Below are positions 16,507-25,122 of a DNA stretch of 34,094 nt, piece after piece. Source of the DNA: a virus. The stretch is from IMG/VR virus record IMGVR_UViG_3300025855_000003; one strand, given 5' to 3'. Both the position numbers and the translations under genes were made by a program. The notes beneath the pieces were generated by a model, which ran no database searches, was not told where the DNA came from, and saw only the letters and a list, made by a program, of their open reading frames with translations. Within the stretch, counting starts at the first letter, position 1; each line of letters opens with the position of its first letter.

Positions 16507-16535
16507 AAAAAAGGTGGCCTTTCGACCACCTTTTT
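16507..16535 (-). terminator. Intrinsic (bidirectional-looking) terminator just after the major capsid gene
   Basis: aaaaaggtgg-cctttcga-ccaccttttt, with T/A tracts on both sides, about 20 nt after the capsid gene stop at 16556. Confidence 0.75.
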
Positions 16536-16555
16536 CTTTAAGCTATTAGATTCAA

Positions 16556-17812
16556 CTAAGAAGTTATATCTAACTCAGCTTGCCCACTGATACGAATACC
16601 TAAGCGTGGATCGATGTTTTTAACACCATAGAGGACATCACATCTTGAAAGATGAGTGTCGTGTACGCCATCAGATATTCTCCAGAAACGAACACTGAGT
16701 CCAGTTTCTTTGTCGGTAGCAAAAGAGTAATTGCCACTTTCAGGAGCAACGAGCTTGGCACCAACCAAAGCGATAGAGCTACGATGGAAGATCGAGTTCT
16801 GTCGATAAGCGGTCGATGGATCACCAATAAAGGTTACTGGAGCTGAGTTTGCTGGAGCTGAAGTTACATTCTGGTAGGCACCAGTTGTGATGATTGGGTT
16901 AGCAATCGACACAGTAACTTTGCCATCAACACCGACTTCTTTGTCTGCTTGAACAACAAACATCTGTAAGTAACCAAGATCGGCTTTGTTAGCTGGGTTG
17001 ACTGCGTTTACACCTGCGATGGTGAAAACCTCACCAGCTTTAATAGTAGCTCCTGAAGCTAGACCCTTGAGTTTGAGGTCTTGAACATAGGTTGTTCTCA
17101 CAGTTTCATAAGCTACATTTTGACTGGCTCCGTCAACTTGACCAGCAGAAGAAGAAACACGAGTACCAGTAACCAAATTGATTACGTTTTGACTCATGTA
17201 AGCCTGGACATTACCAAGTAAAGGTAATTTGGCCTTCTCCAAAGCGGTTTTAACGGTTGAATCAGAGTTCAAACCAGTTAAACTTCCAGCTAATCCCCAA
17301 TAATCAGCAGGGGATAAAATACCAAAGCGATCATTGTTTGGAATGGATAACTCATCCATTCTTTGTGGACCAACAAAGAAATCTTTGGCACTGTCGATTG
17401 TTTCACCAGGAGTTCCAACCCAATGAGGGAACTTCAAGGTTTCAGCAACTATATCAGCATCAATCTGTTGGGCCAAAGCAGAGGCTTGGCTCTTCATGTT
17501 TTGATTTTTCAATAGTTCATCGACTTCCAAAGTAAGTTCTTTAGAGGTGAATTGAAGATCAACACCCTTCTGTTTGTCGATGGTAATATCAACAGAACCG
17601 GTTTTACTGTCTTGAACTTCGGCATCAGCACCATCACGGACTGTGTATTCCGGTGGTCTTCTAACTTTTACTGTATCGCCAACTGCAATTTGCTCACTTG
17701 AAAAATCTTTGTCGAATTTAGTATTGACGAGTTTGCCCATCACTAATTCATTTTTCAAAAGCAAAAGGAAAGCGTTAGCAACTTTTTGTGTGTTAACAAA
17801 TGAATTTGCCAT
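16556..17812 (-). CDS. Major capsid protein (HK97 fold, P22 coat-like)
   Basis: 418 aa located directly after the scaffold gene. From memory, the C-terminal stretch SRCDVLYGVKNIDPRLGIRISGQ resembles the P22 gp5 C-terminus ([24 protein letters not shown]). SD is aaggaaa. The gene is followed by two terminators, as expected for a highly expressed gene. Confidence 0.8.
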   Translation of the reverse strand: MANSFVNTQKVANAFLLLLKNELVMGKLVNTKFDKDFSSEQIAVGDTVKVRRPPEYTVRDGADAEVQDSKTGSVDITIDKQKGVDLQFTSKELTLEVDELLKNQNMKSQASALAQQIDADIVAETLKFPHWVGTPGETIDSAKDFFVGPQRMDELSIPNNDRFGILSPADYWGLAGSLTGLNSDSTVKTALEKAKLPLLGNVQAYMSQNVINLVTGTRVSSSAGQVDGASQNVAYETVRTTYVQDLKLKGLASGATIKAGEVFTIAGVNAVNPANKADLGYLQMFVVQADKEVGVDGKVTVSIANPIITTGAYQNVTSAPANSAPVTFIGDPSTAYRQNSIFHRSSIALVGAKLVAPESGNYSFATDKETGLSVRFWRISDGVHDTHLSRCDVLYGVKNIDPRLGIRISGQAELDITS

Positions 17813-17874
17813 ATGTTTTTTTCCTTAAGTTTCGAGAACGAAACATAATTATTAATAGATGGGAAATTTGCTTG

Positions 17875-18666
17875 TTAGGCTTTCGAGGAAAAGCCTTTTT
17901 CAAATTCTGAAAAGTCTTCCGTATTAGGGTCGGCCTTTTTAGAACTTCTTAGGCTTGTACTTATTGGAACAGCTTGATTCTGAGAAATTTCTTCTGAGTA
18001 TCTCTTGTTTGAAGTTGAATCAAACTCAGTAATACCATCGAGGTCTTTTTCTAGCTGACGAACAATTTCACTCATTTTTACAGCAGGAATAAATTCCTTT
18101 TTACCAGTAAGAGGATTAATTGCAGAATTAACTAACTCATACTGTTTGATAGCTAACTTTTCTAAGTGAGGCGGAACTTTCTCCGCCATACTCTCCAAGT
18201 CAGCTTGATGCTCTAAAACTGCGGACTTGTATTCATTGTTAAGTTGAGTAATTTTGTTAGATTTTTCAATCTGAGCAATTTTCTCTGAAACTTCAGCTTG
18301 AATGCGTTTTTGCACTCTTTCCTCAAAGCCCTCTGGATCCAAAGCTCCCTCTGCCCTCTCTTCTGGAGTAATCAGCGGAGTTTTAGAAATTTCTTTTGAA
18401 GGTGCCTTTTCTAGAACGGAATCAACGTTTGCTTGTCTTAATTTATTAAGAAGCTGGCCAACTCTTTTTTCAGCTCTAGTTGGTTTTTTCTGTTCCTCAT
18501 GATCTTCCTGATTTCCCTCAGGATTCTCATTCGAATGCTTTGTTTGTTCCTCATTTTGTTCTTGATTGGATTCTTCAATAATCCCATCATCAACTCGTGA
18601 ATTACTCTCTTCAGCAGGTGGCGTAACCTGCGAGGTCTGCAAGACCTCTTCATTTTGTTCTGCCAT
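17875..18666 (-). CDS. Scaffolding protein
   Basis: 263 aa, strongly acidic (Glu/Gln/Asn-rich N-terminus) and predicted helical/coiled coil. It lies between the portal-side genes and the capsid gene. Confidence 0.7.
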   Translation of the reverse strand: MAEQNEEVLQTSQVTPPAEESNSRVDDGIIEESNQEQNEEQTKHSNENPEGNQEDHEEQKKPTRAEKRVGQLLNKLRQANVDSVLEKAPSKEISKTPLITPEERAEGALDPEGFEERVQKRIQAEVSEKIAQIEKSNKITQLNNEYKSAVLEHQADLESMAEKVPPHLEKLAIKQYELVNSAINPLTGKKEFIPAVKMSEIVRQLEKDLDGITEFDSTSNKRYSEEISQNQAVPISTSLRSSKKADPNTEDFSEFEKGFSSKA

Positions 18667-18723
18667 AATGTTTTCTTTCTGACCACGCGTTTACTAGGGG
18701 TCGACCACTAGGTGTAACACAAC

Positions 18724-18771
18724 AAAAAAAGCGGTCTTATTTCTAAGACCGCCCTTAATTTCGGTTACGGA
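18724..18771 (-). terminator. Conserved CGTAACC box + GC hairpin + U-tract element, copy D
   Basis: Minus strand reads tccgtaaccgaaattaa GGGCGGTCTTA gaaa TAAGACCGC ttttttt, 57 nt upstream of the scaffold ATG. Confidence 0.8.
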
Positions 18772-18791
18772 TAACAAGTTCAATATATCAA

Positions 18792-19088
18792 TTATTTTTT
18801 TAATTGACAATCCTCAAAAATAGGAGTGCCATCTGCCATCTCTCCAATCATCCTTTTATCTCGAGGAATAAAAGTAGCATGAGGGAATGGACAAGAATTA
18901 CAAATCAATTGATTGCCTTTCTGTCGCCAATGATGAATTACTTTTTTGGCTTTGTCTAAAGCCTCATTGCGTATTCTTTCATATTCATGAGCTGAGATGC
19001 CTGGAATAACTGTTTCACCATCAAAAGGCAACTCTTTTTCCGGAGTTTCTTTTTGTTTTTCTGGTTGCTTTGAAAATTTATTCTTCAT
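18792..19088 (-). CDS. Hypothetical Cys/His-containing protein (98 aa from the ATG at 19088)
   Basis: The first ATG is M13 of the tracked ORF and overlaps the upstream stop by 11 nt. The protein contains HHW...CNSCPFPH...DC, a possible metal site. Confidence 0.55.
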   Translation of the reverse strand: MKNKFSKQPEKQKETPEKELPFDGETVIPGISAHEYERIRNEALDKAKKVIHHWRQKGNQLICNSCPFPHATFIPRDKRMIGEMADGTPIFEDCQLKK

Positions 19089-19401
19089 CTTTTGTAAGAA
19101 TTTTTTTGGCAACAATAGGCCCATTCTTTATTTTTTCTAGATACTCAATAGCGACTTGTGAGGCTAAGAATCTAAAACCTACCGCTTCAACACTATCTTT
19201 CTCTGTTATCGATCTAAGTTCTTTTAAATAAAGGATATAACTGTCAATAACCTCGACCATTGCTTTCCAATTACTAGAGTTTGCTAATCTTGCCAATCTT
19301 TCGGATTGAGTAGCTTTATGCTTAATAACTGGAACATCTTTTAACTTTTTATAACTAGCAAAAATTGCATCTGAACCTGGAACAATAGCACCTTCACTCA
19401 T
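19078..19401 (-). CDS. Hypothetical head-module protein, 107 aa
   Basis: Clean ORF whose ATG overlaps the stop of the upstream 52-aa ORF (ATGA). Confidence 0.6.
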   Translation of the reverse strand: MSEGAIVPGSDAIFASYKKLKDVPVIKHKATQSERLARLANSSNWKAMVEVIDSYILYLKELRSITEKDSVEAVGFRFLASQVAIEYLEKIKNGPIVAKKILTKDEE

Positions 19402-19556
19402 ATGGATTCAATCTCCCTTATTTCTTTTAATAAATTTCCTCTCTCTGAAGAGGAAAACTTTTTATATTGTTTTTCTGATCTAAGTTCTTTTTCTTGCTCT
19501 TTGACAAAATTGCGTTTTTTCTTAAATTTGAGTTTTTGATAATGTCTATCTTGCAT
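19398..19556 (-). CDS. Hypothetical very basic 52-aa protein (not in the ORF track)
   Basis: Translates as MQDRHYQKLKFKKKRNFVKEQEKELRSEKQYKKFSSSERGNLLKEIREIESI. It fills the portal-to-107-aa gap exactly, starting inside the last codons of the portal gene and ending in an ATGA overlap with the next gene. Confidence 0.45.
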   Translation of the reverse strand: MQDRHYQKLKFKKKRNFVKEQEKELRSEKQYKKFSSSERGNLLKEIREIESI

Positions 19557-21513
19557 TTCCTTGAGATATTTCTTGAAGTTCTTTCATTACTTCCGAAAAA
19601 GCCGGATCTTTGAAATCACCAATTGAAGAATTAGGGTTTGAATAATTAGCCGGTGGAGAGTAAGTAACTGGCGGATTAGAAGCACTAGGAACTACGCCAG
19701 GAGTTGATTGAGGTGGTGTGGTCGGTATTTCTTGAGCAGATGGAATATTATCTGGAGTATTTTGAGAAAACGCTGAGGGATTATTTTGTATTTCTTGCAA
19801 GATTTGTTTTACTAAACCTTGAACTTTTGGATCTTCTAGATTAAGAGGGTTTTCTCCATCTTCATTATTATCTGTGATAATTTTATCCCAATCGGATACA
19901 CCTGAAGAAATAACCCAACGTTTAATTAGTTCTCCAACATCAAGCGATTTATCACCAAGAGGAATCTTTCCACCTGAAGTTAAAGTGTCTAATGCACCAG
20001 GAATCTTCATCACAAAACCAATGATTTCTGTTAGAGTTTGGTTCTCCATGATCTCGTCTTTTTTGAGAGTAGAACCACGATCAATTTCATATCTGTATTC
20101 AACGTTGGCAATATCTTTGGGTTTGATTTTAACCATACCAGAATCGCCAGTTTCAAACATCTCAACAACGTCAGGAGCTACTTCTTTAACATTTAGAAGA
20201 TCTCTTTCTTTTAGATAGAGATTCATGGTTTTTTCTTGTTTTTTTGAAATTAAGTCAATCATTCTGTCAAAGACTTTTTCGATTCCGAGTTCGAGCATTC
20301 TTCGATCAAACTGAGTCTGCATTCCCTGAGTCATGGCTTGCATTTTCAAGGCTTGAGGAGTTTTTCCAAAACCAGGATCAACAGAGGAAGAAATGCTTGC
20401 ATCTGACGTTTGAGTAACTGTTAGCATCATTGCTTTTAAGAAGTTATATGTTGATTGAAACGCATCACTTGCTTGAGGAGAAACATTCATTTGAGCAACA
20501 CCATCAAAATTGCCTTTGCTCATTAGCCAAATCTGACCGGGCCCAATTCCATCTTTGAAATCATCCCAATTATCTACTGTGGAAGCATCAATCTTAAGTG
20601 GTGGGAAAATACCCATTTTAACACCATCCATGTATAAACTAATTAAACTACTTGAGGCAGAGTGAAGAGTCATTCCTCTTTCAAAATCGCCCAAGCCAAA
20701 GAATCTATCAATCAGAGGATATGAATGGCACATGATCACAGGGATTTTGCCATTCTTCTGAGGGTTAGGAATATCTCTCAATTCAAGATTGGAACCAGCG
20801 TGAAAAGTACGCCAGCGATCACCTTCATATCTAGAAATTAATTCAAATTCATCTTTTGTGGACATTGAGGTGTTGTCTTGTCTTTGAACAACACTTTGAG
20901 AATTTACATCACTTGGACCATCGCCTTTTGTTTTAAGAAGTTTATCAATGTTTTTCCAATACTTTTTATCTCTTGTTTCAAGCCATTTTTTGTTAACTCT
21001 GGATCTAATCCAAATATAATCGCTATCTTCAACTGTTGTTTTTCCAGATTGAGGAATAATATCTCTAGATGGTAAAAGAAAAAAATCTGGACCAGTATAG
21101 CCATTCTTGTTTGTTACAAAGTCAACTAAAACACCAAAAGAACCATAAACTTTTCTGTAAAAAGACCAAAGCCAAAGCTTTGTGAAGACATCAAATTGAG
21201 AAGTGGCATTTGGGATAACATGGTTATGTAGAATCAAATCCATGAATAAAGATTTGCCTTTATTTGCTTTAGTCATGGCAGTGATCTTGCCAGATGGCAT
21301 TTGTGCCATAATTTCATTGTTTTGTTTAAGAACTGAGGATAAAAGTGTTGGATCTGTTATTCTTGAGCTTGTTTCTTTTTGAGAAATCTGATCAACTGAT
21401 TGACTCATCAAAATGCGTTCTTTATCGTCAAAAGATTGATGAATTAAAGAAATAGCATCTAAATCTTTTCTGTATTCATCTAGAATTTCTTTTGTTTTAT
21501 CTGTTTCACTCAT
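19546..21513 (-). CDS. Portal protein
   Basis: 655 aa counted from MSETDK (ATG at 21513; the 7 upstream codons in the track run into the U-tract). Its size, its position just after the terminase genes (one small plus-strand ORF intervenes) and before the scaffold and capsid genes, and its Pro/Ser-rich C-terminal tail are typical of portals. Confidence 0.75.
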   Translation of the reverse strand: MSETDKTKEILDEYRKDLDAISLIHQSFDDKERILMSQSVDQISQKETSSRITDPTLLSSVLKQNNEIMAQMPSGKITAMTKANKGKSLFMDLILHNHVIPNATSQFDVFTKLWLWSFYRKVYGSFGVLVDFVTNKNGYTGPDFFLLPSRDIIPQSGKTTVEDSDYIWIRSRVNKKWLETRDKKYWKNIDKLLKTKGDGPSDVNSQSVVQRQDNTSMSTKDEFELISRYEGDRWRTFHAGSNLELRDIPNPQKNGKIPVIMCHSYPLIDRFFGLGDFERGMTLHSASSSLISLYMDGVKMGIFPPLKIDASTVDNWDDFKDGIGPGQIWLMSKGNFDGVAQMNVSPQASDAFQSTYNFLKAMMLTVTQTSDASISSSVDPGFGKTPQALKMQAMTQGMQTQFDRRMLELGIEKVFDRMIDLISKKQEKTMNLYLKERDLLNVKEVAPDVVEMFETGDSGMVKIKPKDIANVEYRYEIDRGSTLKKDEIMENQTLTEIIGFVMKIPGALDTLTSGGKIPLGDKSLDVGELIKRWVISSGVSDWDKIITDNNEDGENPLNLEDPKVQGLVKQILQEIQNNPSAFSQNTPDNIPSAQEIPTTPPQSTPGVVPSASNPPVTYSPPANYSNPNSSIGDFKDPAFSEVMKELQEISQGNAR

Positions 21514-21532
21514 AAAATCCTGTTTTTGACAC

Positions 21533-21581
21533 AAAAAAAAGCGGTCTTATTTCTAAGACCGCCCTTAATTTCGGTTACGGA
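21533..21581 (-). terminator. Conserved CGTAACC box + GC hairpin + U-tract element, copy E
   Basis: Minus strand reads tccgtaaccgaaattaa GGGCGGTCTTA gaaa TAAGACCGC tttttttt gtgtcaaaaacaggatttt ATG (portal). Confidence 0.8.
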
Positions 21582-21616
21582 TATAGCCACCTTTATGGGT
21601 AACTATTTAAAGTATA

Positions 21617-21796
21617 TCACGAATAAAAAGAATGTGTAATACTACTGGATAATCTAAAGCCTCTTAAAGATATATCTAGCCTGACTGATTCAGAAATCGA
21701 AATTGCTTTTTTGTTTTTTTCTATCCAGTCATGCAACTGATCTATTCTTTTTTTCTCAAGTGATTCTTGATTTTGAACAGGTGTAGTATTAAGCAT
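21617..21796 (-). CDS. Hypothetical 59-aa ORF (weak)
   Basis: Translates as MLNTTPVQNQESLEKKRIDQLHDWIEKNKK... It has no SD and is one codon under the ORF-track cutoff, so it could be a chance ORF. Confidence 0.2.
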   Translation of the reverse strand: MLNTTPVQNQESLEKKRIDQLHDWIEKNKKAISISESVRLDISLRGFRLSSSITHSFYS

Positions 21797-21820
21797 TTGT
21801 CTGTTATAATTTAACTCAAA

Positions 21821-22156
21821 ATGAACAATTTAGCAACATATATTTCGCTTGATAATCTGCTACAAAACCTATCTCATGGCAAAGTTGAATTAGGACTCCA
21901 AGTGAGATCGGGATCTATTGTTTCAATGCTCGTTAGTGGCAAAAAAAGGCTTATTTATAACTCATCAAATAAAGACTTGAATACTAATCAAAAAGCCATA
22001 GAAGACATTGCTAGAAGGATCGTGCAACAACTAAAAAGCGGTGTTTCTAGTGAAATATCTTTCAAAATAAAGAACTTGGGAAATAAAATTAAATGGATTG
22101 AAATTGCCAGCGATCAAAACATTAATCTTAATAAAACTTCTTCATCTGTTGCATAA
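21821..22156 (+). CDS. Small opposite-strand protein, YezD/DUF2292-like N-terminal half (tentative)
   Basis: A 111-aa ORF fills the ~330-nt gap between TerL and portal on the opposite strand. The pattern LSHGKVELGLQVRSGSIVSMLVSGKKRL fits the 'G-x-V-x-h-x-V-x-x-G-x-h-V' signature I recall for YezD-like proteins. TATAAT (21805-21810) ends 10 nt before the ATG, and there is no SD. Confidence 0.5.
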   Translation: MNNLATYISLDNLLQNLSHGKVELGLQVRSGSIVSMLVSGKKRLIYNSSNKDLNTNQKAIEDIARRIVQQLKSGVSSEISFKIKNLGNKIKWIEIASDQNINLNKTSSSVA

Positions 22157-22790
22157 TGTTTTTTGCTACCTCTCTGGCCTTTGCCTGTTTTTCTGGTGAA
22201 GGGGGGAGAATAGGTCTTTCTGTCTGGTACATTTGCCAACCAATTGCCAAAGCCATTACTCCATCATCATGTTTGCCAGTAGAGGCTTGAGGTTTGCCAG
22301 TTCTGCTTTTAATAAATGTTTTGTGATGATCTAATAAATCTTGATCAAAGAAAGCAAAAGAATGAGAATCAAATTGACTTTTCCAATCGCCTGTTAAATA
22401 TGGCCTTGTTATAGAACTGGTTACCCAACCTAAGAGATTTGATTCCTCTTCTCCATCAATTTTGCCTCGATTTTTCATTACATAAAGCACATATTTATTC
22501 AATCTATTTAAAACTCTGAGTCTTTCCATTTCTGATGCACCACCATTATTTCTTTCAAAACCAACAACCGGAGGAACGCCAGTTAAATCAAACAAAAACT
22601 CCAAAGCTAAATGAATGTCTGGTGTCATGTCTGAGGCAACATCATTATTCCAATAAGTAATTGGTACATCAAGTTTGTTGTAGCTCATAAATGGAACGCA
22701 ATTTGAATCTCCACCACCTTGTGCGGTATCACCTGGAACAATAAAGAACTCTCCATATTCTATTTTTCTGAAGATTCTAAATTCTCCCAT
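22128..22790 (-). CDS. terL: Terminase large subunit, C-terminal RNase H-like nuclease domain (separate ORF)
   Basis: 220 aa with the acidic triad in the expected context: FIVPGDTAQGGGDSN, GFERNNGG, GKHDDGVMALAIG. It starts 14 nt before the stop of the ATPase ORF, in the +1 frame. Confidence 0.8.
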   Translation of the reverse strand: MGEFRIFRKIEYGEFFIVPGDTAQGGGDSNCVPFMSYNKLDVPITYWNNDVASDMTPDIHLALEFLFDLTGVPPVVGFERNNGGASEMERLRVLNRLNKYVLYVMKNRGKIDGEEESNLLGWVTSSITRPYLTGDWKSQFDSHSFAFFDQDLLDHHKTFIKSRTGKPQASTGKHDDGVMALAIGWQMYQTERPILPPSPEKQAKAREVAKNIMQQMKKFY

Positions 22791-23793
22791 AAATATCCTT
22801 TAGATTTGCTCCAACTATCAGAGGCTTCTTTATTAAACTTTGATAATACATAAGAGCTTCTTTGTTGAAATATGGATCTCCACCAAGCAAAAATGCTTCT
22901 GTGTCATAAGTTGGATATTCTCTTAACTCATCTAAATCAAACTCTTCATGATTTTTGGGGTTTCTAGTAGCGAGATGATGCCAATAGCATTGAGCCTTTG
23001 TAACTCCATACTCGACCATTATTTTGTTGTAATACTTTGGAACTATCCAATTAGGAGGTGGCTCTGTTGAGTATTCTTTATGCAACCACCAACTGAAGAA
23101 TCTGCTTTTATATCTGGCTCCTGGCAGTTTTCCGTTATCGTATTCAACTTGCCAATAATCACCAGTTAAATTTCCAGATGATTCTCTGAATATCTTGCCT
23201 GTGCCTGGTAGAACTTGCTTTTCTGCACCAGTTACCAGTTTTTTGGCATTCATTACTTCTGTGTTTGGATAGAAAGCAATCTCTGTAAAAAGAAGATTTT
23301 GCTTTGTACCACCACGACCTGACGTTTTGGCGTTAGCAGTAGCAGTGGAAAGAATAGATCCTTTGTTGCCTTCCATTTTCTGGCCAAGCTCATCAGATCT
23401 TAAATACATTTTTCTAAGTTTTGATAAATCCTGAGGATCATCTGTTTGAAAGTTTTTAATAAGCCATGAATTTAAAAAGTGGCTACATCTTGCAAAATGA
23501 ACATAAGTTTCTTCGTCTTTGTGAGAATAAATAACTGAATCAGTCAGGGGCATTTGACCAATTTCTGAAAGAATAAAATCAGTCATAAAAAAGCCAGCAA
23601 CCATTGTTGAGCCACCCCACTGACGAGCTTTGAGCCAATTTTCTCTTATGCCTTTAAAATCTGGATAATCTTTTTCTAGTTCTCTATAAACAAAGTTTTG
23701 TGTGTCATTGAAAATAAATGGAATTACTTCACCTTCTTTGTTAACTAGAGTAAAGTTTTCTTCAATAAATGCTTTGTAATCTACATATTGCAT
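22777..23793 (-). CDS. terL: Terminase large subunit, N-terminal ATPase domain (separate ORF)
   Basis: 338 aa from MQYVDY (ATG at 23793, SD aaggaaag). Walker A-like WLKARQWGGST and Walker B-like NLLFTEIAF are present. The ORF ends at TAG 22777. Confidence 0.8.
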   Translation of the reverse strand: MQYVDYKAFIEENFTLVNKEGEVIPFIFNDTQNFVYRELEKDYPDFKGIRENWLKARQWGGSTMVAGFFMTDFILSEIGQMPLTDSVIYSHKDEETYVHFARCSHFLNSWLIKNFQTDDPQDLSKLRKMYLRSDELGQKMEGNKGSILSTATANAKTSGRGGTKQNLLFTEIAFYPNTEVMNAKKLVTGAEKQVLPGTGKIFRESSGNLTGDYWQVEYDNGKLPGARYKSRFFSWWLHKEYSTEPPPNWIVPKYYNKIMVEYGVTKAQCYWHHLATRNPKNHEEFDLDELREYPTYDTEAFLLGGDPYFNKEALMYYQSLIKKPLIVGANLKDIYGRI

Positions 23794-23797
23794 TGCA

Positions 23798-24277
23798 TTA
23801 TCTTTCCTTGACGTATTTGGTCGAATTAAAGTTGAACTGTTGAAGTGGAGTAACAGGTGTTTGCGGAGAATCTGCCTCATTTGAGAGATTGCGACCGGCA
23901 ATTTTTTGCATGGCTTCCCAATAGCGAAAATCTGTTTTTGCTTTTTTGATGCCGATGTTATCCAATTTGGTTCTAACTATTGTCATTAAGTTTTTTCTTT
24001 CTTCTTCGTACCATTTGAGAAATCCAGGCTTTTTAATCCAGTCGTACCAGTTAGTTCTTTGTTGCCTACATTCCTTTGAAATTTCTGTGATGTTGTCTGT
24101 AACCAATTGTGCTGATGTAGCCACCCATAATCTCATTGCTGGAGTAGGTTTAAATGCCTCCTCTTCTGTTGGCATTACCGACAATTGCTTTGTATCAGTC
24201 TTTTTAGTTGCAACCTCACTTTTTATTTTTGAGATTATTGCTTTTGTGTTTGGTTTTGTTGGGCTTGGTTTTTGCAT
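23798..24277 (-). CDS. terS: Terminase small subunit (HTH-containing)
   Basis: 159 aa immediately upstream of TerL. It has a basic N-terminus and an HTH-like segment (TDNITEISKECRQQRTNWYDWIKKPGFLKWY). Confidence 0.65.
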   Translation of the reverse strand: MQKPSPTKPNTKAIISKIKSEVATKKTDTKQLSVMPTEEEAFKPTPAMRLWVATSAQLVTDNITEISKECRQQRTNWYDWIKKPGFLKWYEEERKNLMTIVRTKLDNIGIKKAKTDFRYWEAMQKIAGRNLSNEADSPQTPVTPLQQFNFNSTKYVKER

Positions 24278-24279
24278 AA

Positions 24280-25122
24280 TTACTTTTCAATTAAAATAAA
24301 TTGATCTAATGATTGGTCTGACTTAAAAATATATGGAAGTTGATTTTGCCATCCCATTTTTTGATAAAGTTTTGGAGTGAAATGGATTCCTTGCTGACCA
24401 ATGTAAAAACCACGATTAACAACTGCTGTCATTCTTTTGAACTTGGCTCTAAATAACGAAAAATCTTTGCCAGCATCTTGCGAACATTGAGTTTTGGTGA
24501 AATTATACTTTTTAAATAATTCTTGGATCTTTTCTCTGGGAATGTCTGAATAATCGACCTCTTCTATTAGCCTAAAATAGTCTTTGAAATACTCTTTGGC
24601 TATCTTCCATCGTCTGGAAATATAGCATTCTGCCCACCAATGAGTTTCTGCAAAAATTACTTTGTTAAGGGTTTTTTCTGTTGGCTTAGATAACTTCTTA
24701 AAGTTTAAATTAAAAGAATGAAGATCACTTCTATTGCCAAACTGATCGATTAGAACCCGGCATAGTCTAAAATAATCGGGAGAGAGTAAAACATCATCTT
24801 CAATTACCAAAAAATAGTCATATAAAGAAGACATTATTTCGTTAGCAGTAAATTGGTTTCTACCATTACCAACGTTTTGATCAACTCTTAAAATACTTCC
24901 GCCTTTGTCTAAATTTGATGATTTAAAAATAGAAATTGACTGCTCGATGTCTTCTTTTTTAGCTTTAATCTTTCCGGAAAATATATTTTTAAACCCATCT
25001 TGGAACAAATGAAATTTTGTGTTTTCTAAATACGATTGTTGTTCTAATGAATTAATTACTCTAGAAAGATATTTTGGTCTATTAAATGAAATGATGGCGA
25101 CTCCGATTTTGCCTTTATACAT
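24280..25122 (-). CDS. GT-A fold glycosyltransferase (GT2-like)
   Basis: IGVAIISFNRPKYLSRVINSLEQQ forms the N-terminal nucleotide-sugar-binding strand and helix, and FLVIEDDVLLSPDYF is a DxD-type motif. The ATG at 25122 is preceded by ggagg; the tracked start at 25128 is TTG. Confidence 0.75.
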   Translation of the reverse strand: MYKGKIGVAIISFNRPKYLSRVINSLEQQSYLENTKFHLFQDGFKNIFSGKIKAKKEDIEQSISIFKSSNLDKGGSILRVDQNVGNGRNQFTANEIMSSLYDYFLVIEDDVLLSPDYFRLCRVLIDQFGNRSDLHSFNLNFKKLSKPTEKTLNKVIFAETHWWAECYISRRWKIAKEYFKDYFRLIEEVDYSDIPREKIQELFKKYNFTKTQCSQDAGKDFSLFRAKFKRMTAVVNRGFYIGQQGIHFTPKLYQKMGWQNQLPYIFKSDQSLDQFILIEK

